DNA of 64,000 nucleotides from an uncultured Gemmatimonadota bacterium (GTDB lineage Bacteria; JAAXHH01): NCBI GenBank assembly GCA_951812955.1, contig OX638340.1, positions 3,488,001 to 3,552,000 of the forward strand, read 5' to 3'. Shown piece by piece: positions 58,368 to 64,000 of this stretch (position 1 is its first letter; each line of letters starts with the position of its first letter). The notes under the pieces were generated by a model. It saw only the letters and a program-made list of their open reading frames with translations, ran no database searches and was not told where the DNA came from. The position numbers and the translations under genes were made by a program.

Positions 58368-60140
58368 CTATTTGATGATCTCGTCCAGGATGCGTCCGTC
58401 GCGCCCCGATGGTTGCGTGATCCGGAGCAGGTTGCCGATCGTGGGCGTGATATCGGCCGTGTCCACGCGGTGGCGGTAGTGGCCGGGGGCGATCCACGGT
58501 CCGTGGAACATGACCGGCACGTGGAGATCGTATTCGTGGGGCCATCCGTGTGACGTACCTTCGGTGGCCGAACCGTACTCCCCGAGGAGCAGGTAGAATG
58601 GCGTGGCAACAAGCATGACGTCGCCGCTGTTCTCGGTATGGAAGCTGTGGTAGACGGCTTTCGTGAGGTCGGACTCCGGAAGTTGCCGCCGCTCGATGTG
58701 GTGCCGGGTGTAGGCACGCCAGACGGCCGGGTGTGCGACGATTGCTTCGGCCACCGTTTTTTCAACTTCCGCGTGGCTCAGGCCGTGGCGGGCGATGGCG
58801 TCGTAGTTGAGATAGAGACCCGATTCCGCCAGGTGTTCCACCCAGTCCTCGTCGCCGTGCAGTCCGTCCAGGGCTTCCTCCACCAGCGCCGTCAGGGGTT
58901 CGGGCCCGGCGCGTCCTGCCTCGAGGCCTTCGAGACGCAGCTGTTCCGGTAACGCCAGCACGCCGTGGTCGGCCGTCAGGACGAGGAGGGTCTGTTCCAG
59001 TCCCACGCGGTCATCCAGGAAGGCGAAGAAGTCGGCCAACTGTCGGTCCGTGCGCAGAGTGGCATCCATGGCTTCCTGGCTGAAGGGTCCGAAGTCGTGG
59101 CCTATATAGTCATTGGCCGAAAGGCAGATGACCAGGACGTCCGGTATGTCGTCCTGCCCGAGTTCTTCTTCGATGATCGCCTGCCGGGAGAATTCCAACT
59201 GATAGTCCGTGGACCAGGGAGTATGCTTGAAAGCGTTCCAGTAACGCGGACCGGGTGCTTCCAGCCCGCCTTTCGTCACATGAGGGAAGGTGATCCCGCT
59301 GTCCCGGTTGTCCTCCTCGCCCTCGCGGACGTCCGGTCCCGCCCGGTCGAGGTAGAGTTGCTCGGGCATCAGGCGTTCCCATTTGCGGCCGAAGGACTGG
59401 TCCGGCAGCTTACGGTCGTTGAAGCGCTTGACCCAGCCGGGCAGGTCATCCATGAAGTAGCTGCTCGACGTGATCCGGCCCAGGGACGCCTCGAACCAGT
59501 ATGGCGCGCCCAGCTTCCCGGCGGAGATCATGGCGCTGTAGTCCTTGAGGGAAATGGATATGGCCTTGCCCCGGTAACGGGTGGCCATACGCAGTTCGTC
59601 GGCCAGCGAAGATCCTTTGAGCTGCCGGGTTGAGGCGCGGCCGTTCTCGGTGGGTTCCTTGCCGAGGATGTGGCTCTCCGGGTCCACAAGGGACGGCTGA
59701 AACACGCCCCTGGACCGGTTGTACCACCAGTTGTTGACCATCCCGGTCTTGTGGGCATAGGTGCCGGAGGTGATCACGCTGTGGCCCGGCGAGGTGGAAG
59801 CGTGAACGTGGCTGAACCGGGCGTCCTGCATCCACGCGCCATGGTCCATGAACCGGCGGAAGCCGTCCTCCACGTAGAGGTCTTCGAACCGCTGCAGGAA
59901 GTCGTAGCGGAACTGGTCGATGATGATCAGCACCGCGAGCCGCGGCGGGGCCGCCGGTTGGGTCGCGGGTGCCTCCTGCGATTGCGAAACGGTCGCTTCC
60001 TGCGTAGTCTTTAGCCCTGGCGAATCACCGAGTGGATCGCCGGGAGCGCCGGGGGCGCTGCTCCAGGCGTCGAACGGAAAGACGATCAAAAGGGACAAGG
60101 TCAATCCCGTTTTGAAGATTCCAGCGATGGACATGGCCAA
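58368..60140 (-). CDS. Secreted alkaline-phosphatase-superfamily enzyme (type I phosphodiesterase/nucleotide pyrophosphatase-like)
   Basis: Signal peptide. LAVLIIIDQFRYDFL, STSPGHSVITSGTY..KTGMVNNWWY, VICLSANDYIGH and LVLTADHG fit the metal- and nucleophile-site pattern. Confidence 0.75.
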   Translation of the reverse strand: MAMSIAGIFKTGLTLSLLIVFPFDAWSSAPGAPGDPLGDSPGLKTTQEATVSQSQEAPATQPAAPPRLAVLIIIDQFRYDFLQRFEDLYVEDGFRRFMDHGAWMQDARFSHVHASTSPGHSVITSGTYAHKTGMVNNWWYNRSRGVFQPSLVDPESHILGKEPTENGRASTRQLKGSSLADELRMATRYRGKAISISLKDYSAMISAGKLGAPYWFEASLGRITSSSYFMDDLPGWVKRFNDRKLPDQSFGRKWERLMPEQLYLDRAGPDVREGEEDNRDSGITFPHVTKGGLEAPGPRYWNAFKHTPWSTDYQLEFSRQAIIEEELGQDDIPDVLVICLSANDYIGHDFGPFSQEAMDATLRTDRQLADFFAFLDDRVGLEQTLLVLTADHGVLALPEQLRLEGLEAGRAGPEPLTALVEEALDGLHGDEDWVEHLAESGLYLNYDAIARHGLSHAEVEKTVAEAIVAHPAVWRAYTRHHIERRQLPESDLTKAVYHSFHTENSGDVMLVATPFYLLLGEYGSATEGTSHGWPHEYDLHVPVMFHGPWIAPGHYRHRVDTADITPTIGNLLRITQPSGRDGRILDEIIK

Positions 60141-60189
60141 TCCTTTCTGAACTCAATGCGGATTTGATTCTGTTTTATGTTTCTTATTC

Positions 60190-60300
60190 GAGATTCTACA
60201 AAGTTCTCCGACTAATCTATTAACAAAACAACCGGCACTTCGATCCATCGCCCGGTTCGCAGTTGCCGGTCGATTTGCGGCGACGGGAGTTAAAACGGGA
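60190..60300 (+). pseudogene. Possible second, more decayed IS1595-like relic
   Basis: cgagattctacaaagttctccgactaatctatt matches 50343-50375 (cgagatctgcacgaagatctccgactaatacatt). Downstream, ggttcgcagttgccggtcgattt parallels gagttcgccggacgtttc (the EFAGRF region). Broken by stops. Confidence 0.3.
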
Positions 60301-60411
60301 TCGAGGGTCGATTCGTAGATTCAAGATAGCGTCATATCGGAAGTTGTCAACGACGGTACGGCGACATGCGAGGAGCGCGCCACTGGAAGGCTGACCGGGA
60401 AATCGCCGCGG

Positions 60412-61716
60412 TCAGGAAGTTGACGATCGCTGCCTGATCCGGTGCAGCATAGCGATGAGGTGATCACGAAAGACGCTGCCGGCATCGTGTTCGAAGGGAA
60501 GGTGGCGGCAGATGCGCGGCGCGAACACCGCCGCATACCAACCGAAACCTTTCTGGTCGAAGTCCTGTGGCCGCGCGAGGTAACCGACGGTCTCGTTGGC
60601 GTATCCGATTACCAAGGTGTGCGCGAAAGGTGACGCCGCCTGGACCTGTTTGCCGTAGGTCAGGAACAGCTCGAGCGGATGGGCGAGCAGCACGGCGTCG
60701 TTGATACGCATCCACGAAACGTGGAACTCCAGCCTCAGGGGATGGGGGCCGTCGAGCAGTTCAAGACGTTGCACGCGCCAGTCCACTTCGAACCGGAGTT
60801 TTCGAAGTTCCTCGGGTTTCTCGTCGCGCTTGGCGGTCTTGAGGCGATTCCGGTAATCGTCAAGCTCGGTTTCCAGCACGGCGCGGTCAGGCACAGCCGT
60901 GGGCAGGGCGATTTCGTAGGTGTCGCCGTCCAGATCCACGTCGTCGTGGGTCTCGATGCCATCCAGGGCCGGGAGGACGTGATCGCAAAGGAGTGAACCG
61001 TTCGCCTTCATCATCTCCATGCCTTCGCCGAATCCCCGGCAATTTAGATCGCCGCAGCTGCCCTGGAAGAAGAGTGCCCGCAGGTCCTCGCGTTCACTCT
61101 CCATCTTCCCGATGGCGTCGGCCGGATAGTCGCCGCAGATTACGGTGTCGGCGCCGAGCGTGACGGGGTGGGCGCCGAAGTTGATCACGGCCGCGCGCAT
61201 CCGTCCCCGGAGGTCGTCGATGCGCATCAGCAGCGCTTTATCGTCAGCCTCGCCTCCCTCGTCGACCCGGTTGACGGAAAGACCTGGAACGTGCGTCCCG
61301 CCGAACCCCACGCGTCCGGGTTCCAGGTTCGACACGGCCTGCCCGATGGCGTCGGCGAACCGCCCGGGTAACGCCGCCGTGTATTCCTCGTCCCATTTCC
61401 CCCAGGCCACGGTCTTCATGGTGGCTGGACCGGAGTGGGTATGGGTATTGGTGATTATCACGCGGGACGGTTCGAGTCCGAATCGGCTTCGGACGATGCG
61501 GTGGGTTTCGTCGACGAGGGAACGGTCGGTCCAGACCAGGTCGTTCGATACCCATACGTAGATACGATTGCCGTCCGACAGCGCCAGGGCCGTGGCGTGG
61601 AGGTCCTGGTGGACCGCGGTGGACCGCCGCTCGATATAGGGTCCGTAACCGCAGAGCTCAACGCCCGTGGGCGGAGTAATGACGGTTCGGCCCGTGCCGA
61701 ATTGCAACTGGGGCAT
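60412..61716 (-). CDS. Neutral/alkaline ceramidase N-terminal-domain-like hydrolase
   Basis: GTGRTVITPPTGVELCGYG....STAVHQDLHATALALSDG..IYVWVSNDL ... ITNTHTHSGP matches the family N-terminal pattern. Confidence 0.55.
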   Translation of the reverse strand: MPQLQFGTGRTVITPPTGVELCGYGPYIERRSTAVHQDLHATALALSDGNRIYVWVSNDLVWTDRSLVDETHRIVRSRFGLEPSRVIITNTHTHSGPATMKTVAWGKWDEEYTAALPGRFADAIGQAVSNLEPGRVGFGGTHVPGLSVNRVDEGGEADDKALLMRIDDLRGRMRAAVINFGAHPVTLGADTVICGDYPADAIGKMESEREDLRALFFQGSCGDLNCRGFGEGMEMMKANGSLLCDHVLPALDGIETHDDVDLDGDTYEIALPTAVPDRAVLETELDDYRNRLKTAKRDEKPEELRKLRFEVDWRVQRLELLDGPHPLRLEFHVSWMRINDAVLLAHPLELFLTYGKQVQAASPFAHTLVIGYANETVGYLARPQDFDQKGFGWYAAVFAPRICRHLPFEHDAGSVFRDHLIAMLHRIRQRSSTS

Positions 61717-61757
61717 GGTGGGTTCTGATTTGAGGTGGCGCGGAATTGGACGGACGC

Positions 61758-62780
61758 TCAGTCCGTGAACCGGATCGTCTCGCCCGTCTTTACCGATTCG
61801 GCCTCCGCGTGGCAGATCCGTAGCGCGTCGCGGGCCGCGGCGGCAGACACCAGTTCGGGTTCCGTTCCGTTTTCAAGAGCATTGATGGCGTAGCCCAACT
61901 GGGCCTCGAAGGCCTCGGGGAAATCGATCTCGGGTTCGGTTCTCGCGCCGTCCGGCGTATAGAGCGTGACCGGCCGGTCCGAGAGCACGTTGTACCAGAG
62001 CGTGCCTTCCTCGAAATAGGCGTCGTAGCCGTGTTCGAAGGCGGCCGAACTGATTGCCCCGCACTGGGAGGAGACGGTGAGGTCCCGGCTTTCGTACCCA
62101 TACTGCGTGTTCAGGTAGAGCACGTATCCGTTCGGACTCGTCATGCCATCGGCGTGGACGCTGTCCGGCATGCCGAAGAGGTAGCGCAGATAGTCGGTGT
62201 CGTGTATGTGCAGGTCGATCCCCGCCGCCCCCGTGCGCTCGTAGTCTCCGAACCAGTTGTCCTCGCCCCACAGGGGTTTGGAGATGACCCGCTTGAGGTG
62301 CAACCCGAGGAGGCGTCCGTAGCGTCCATCGTCGATGGCTGCCTTGAGGAACGCGAATTCGGGGAAGAACTTCAGCACGTGGGCGACCATCAGGGTCCTT
62401 CCGGCTTCTCCGGCCCGGGCGATCATGCGGTCCGCCTCGTTCAGTCCGAGGGCGATGGGTTTCTCGACGAGAACGTGTTTGCCGGCATCCAGCGCGCGCA
62501 GGACCACATCGTGGTGCAGGGCCGTGGGCAGGCAAACGTCGACCAGGTCGATATCCGGATCGCCCAGTACCTCTTCGATATCTGTGCAGGTACGGATCCC
62601 GGTCAGGTCCTGTACGCCGCCTCCGCCGCCGAAGTTGCCTTGGATGTGCCGCCAGTCGCCGCTCAGCTTCCGCTCGTCCCGGGTGCAGATGGCCCCCACC
62701 TCCGCGTTGGCCAGGTTCCTGATCGCCATGAAGTGGGTCGTGCCCATGAATCCGATGCCCAGAATGCCGATGCGTATCAA
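61758..62780 (-). CDS. Gfo/Idh/MocA-family oxidoreductase
   Basis: TTG at 62780 lies 7 nt after AAGGAGG. IRIGILGIGFMGTTH Rossmann motif, and EKPIAL and other family motifs. The track start at 62819 lacks an SD. Confidence 0.85.
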   Translation of the reverse strand: MIRIGILGIGFMGTTHFMAIRNLANAEVGAICTRDERKLSGDWRHIQGNFGGGGGVQDLTGIRTCTDIEEVLGDPDIDLVDVCLPTALHHDVVLRALDAGKHVLVEKPIALGLNEADRMIARAGEAGRTLMVAHVLKFFPEFAFLKAAIDDGRYGRLLGLHLKRVISKPLWGEDNWFGDYERTGAAGIDLHIHDTDYLRYLFGMPDSVHADGMTSPNGYVLYLNTQYGYESRDLTVSSQCGAISSAAFEHGYDAYFEEGTLWYNVLSDRPVTLYTPDGARTEPEIDFPEAFEAQLGYAINALENGTEPELVSAAAARDALRICHAEAESVKTGETIRFTD

Positions 62781-62883
62781 GTATGTTCCTCCTTTGAACG
62801 GGATGCGCACATCTTTCACGCGCCTTCTTCATCGGGGATGTTTCTTACTTTCTTCGAGGTCCCGGTCTCTCTCTCAGACTACT

Positions 62884-63711
62884 TTAATCCGTCGCGGACG
62901 GCGTGAACAGCAGTTGACCGTGTTTCCGGTAACCGCCGATGAGGGCCTGTGCCTCCGGTGAGGTGACATAGTCAATGAGCGCGCGCGCGTGCCCGTACTT
63001 GACGTGCGGCCAGCGCTCAGGGTTGACGGCGATCATGCTATAGGGGTTGTGCAGCGGGGGATCGTACTCCACCAGGACCCGTAAGTCCACTGTTTCCCGC
63101 AGGGCCAGGTAGGTGCCCCGGTCGATCAGCACGTAACCGCGTTTCTCGTCCGCCATGCGCAAAGTGGCTGCCATGCCCTGGCCCACCTCCACGTACCAGT
63201 CTCCGGCAGGCTCGGTCCCGGCAATGGTCCAGATCGCCCGCTCTTTCTGGTGGGTACCGGATAGATCGCCCCGCGAGAAAAACAACGCTTCCTTGCGCGC
63301 AATGGTGACGAAGGCGTCGGCGACTTTTTCCGTCCCTGCGATCCCGGCCTGATCGGCGGAAGGCCCTACGACGACGAAATCGTTGTACATCACGCTCCGG
63401 CGATTCACGCCGAAGCCGGCGTCGACAAAGGCTTCCTCCAGCTTTGGAGCGTGTACGAGGACCGCGTCCACGTCGCCATTTTCGGCCAGCTTCAGCGCCT
63501 TTCCCGTGCCGACGGCGATGACGTCCACCCGAATCCCACCGTCAGGCTTTCGTTCAAACGGCGGCAGGAGGATGTCGAGCAGGCCCGAATCGTGGGTGCT
63601 GGTGGTCGTTGCCAATTTCAGGCGTGGCTGCGCTTCCGCATCGGGCGCGGTTACTGTGACGGAGGCGACTGCCACAACAAAGAGCAGGGGAAATAGACGA
63701 CGAAGACGCAT
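62884..63711 (-). CDS. tupA: Periplasmic tungstate/oxyanion-binding protein, TupA-like
   Basis: ATG at 63711 with signal MRLRRLFPLLFVVAVASVTVTAPDAEAQ. LATTTSTHDSGLLDILLPPFE, AVGTGKAL and MYNDFVVVGP are TupA-type motifs. Confidence 0.7.
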   Translation of the reverse strand: MRLRRLFPLLFVVAVASVTVTAPDAEAQPRLKLATTTSTHDSGLLDILLPPFERKPDGGIRVDVIAVGTGKALKLAENGDVDAVLVHAPKLEEAFVDAGFGVNRRSVMYNDFVVVGPSADQAGIAGTEKVADAFVTIARKEALFFSRGDLSGTHQKERAIWTIAGTEPAGDWYVEVGQGMAATLRMADEKRGYVLIDRGTYLALRETVDLRVLVEYDPPLHNPYSMIAVNPERWPHVKYGHARALIDYVTSPEAQALIGGYRKHGQLLFTPSATD

Positions 63712-63752
63712 GCTGTGGACCGATTCGTGGGCGGCGTTACTCGGGCGGACCG

Positions 63753-64000
63753 TCAGTTCAACCTGAGCATGAACATGACGCGAAGGCGCGTTCGCCACGC
63801 GTTGTTAGCCACGGGCGAGACGTGTGTCTCGGGGGAATCGTACTTGCGGGTGTACAGGTGGATATCGACCGTCAGCTTTTCTATGAGATGATGGCCGAAG
63901 AAGAGGGCGGCGCCTTTCGTATTGGTCTGGGTGTAGTCGATGTTGCTGAAGGGTGCAAGCGTGGCGTCCTGCTGCATGAGATAGGCCTGGAACCCGGTTC
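63753..64000 (-). CDS. 3' end of a gene continuing beyond the window. Possibly an outer-membrane beta-barrel protein
   Basis: The frame is open to the window edge (..TGFQAYLMQQDATLAPFSNIDYTQTNTKGAALFF...RLRVMFMLRLN*). The alternating pattern is weakly barrel-like. Confidence 0.3.
   Translation of the reverse strand, partial: TGFQAYLMQQDATLAPFSNIDYTQTNTKGAALFFGHHLIEKLTVDIHLYTRKYDSPETHVSPVANNAWRTRLRVMFMLRLN

Overview
GC-rich bacterial chromosomal segment from a Gram-negative-type cell, inferred from the many lipoboxes, an Omp85-family protein and an OMP beta-barrel. Lineage cannot be fixed from sequence alone. Intergenic islands are sharply AT-rich. About 28 kb (about 44% of the window) is taken by seven paralogous giant lipoprotein genes: 2537-9769, 9799-11454, 14815-20364c, 20382-22145c, 36644-39482 (frameshifted), 41083-46005 and 46064-50176. 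They are built from one shared kit of extracellular modules: Big_2 Ig domains, self-contained capped leucine-rich-repeat (LRR) solenoids of the plant-specific 24-residue type, CARDB, cadherin-like and PPC domains, and in three genes a C-terminal ~480-500 aa metzincin-type zinc protease (HExxHxxxxxH plus a DLMSYC Met-turn, M66/reprolysin-like). All seven share an almost invariant lipobox and mature N-terminus, C-G-(K/R)-D-(S/T)-P-T. The family shows ongoing remodelling. There are exact intragenic 72-nt and 78-nt repeats and a 1-nt frameshift in a C-run. Decayed IS relics of three families (IS5-like, rve/IS3-like, IS1595-like) sit at gene boundaries. A ~40-55 bp direct repeat brackets a 14.2 kb block holding three of the giants. 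This modular binder-plus-protease surface repertoire is my main candidate for an undescribed system. Other notable items:
- a decaying lipoprotein paralog cluster, with one in-frame TAG and one internal deletion;
- a 415-bp low-GC insertion flanked by a perfect 30-bp direct repeat;
- a 22-bp x4 tandem repeat spanning an RBS and start codon;
- a trio of small N-terminal-TM proteins with 11-residue repeats.
The rest is ordinary:
- hybrid HK-RR, SBP-like protein, DUF4956, SdiA-regulated-like propeller, metallophosphoesterase, Omp85-like OMP;
- RidA, YkgJ, Tat-exported SelA-like PLP enzyme, PurM-like protein, RDD protein, ManD/RspA-like dehydratase;
- M14 carboxypeptidase, saccharopine dehydrogenase, PPK2, AlkP-family phosphodiesterase, ceramidase-like protein, Gfo/Idh/MocA oxidoreductase, TupA-like binding protein.
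No rRNA, tRNA or CRISPR array was seen. All function calls rest on motif recognition by eye, because no searches could be run. Several ORF-track starts were trimmed to downstream starts that have an SD-like motif and a signal peptide.
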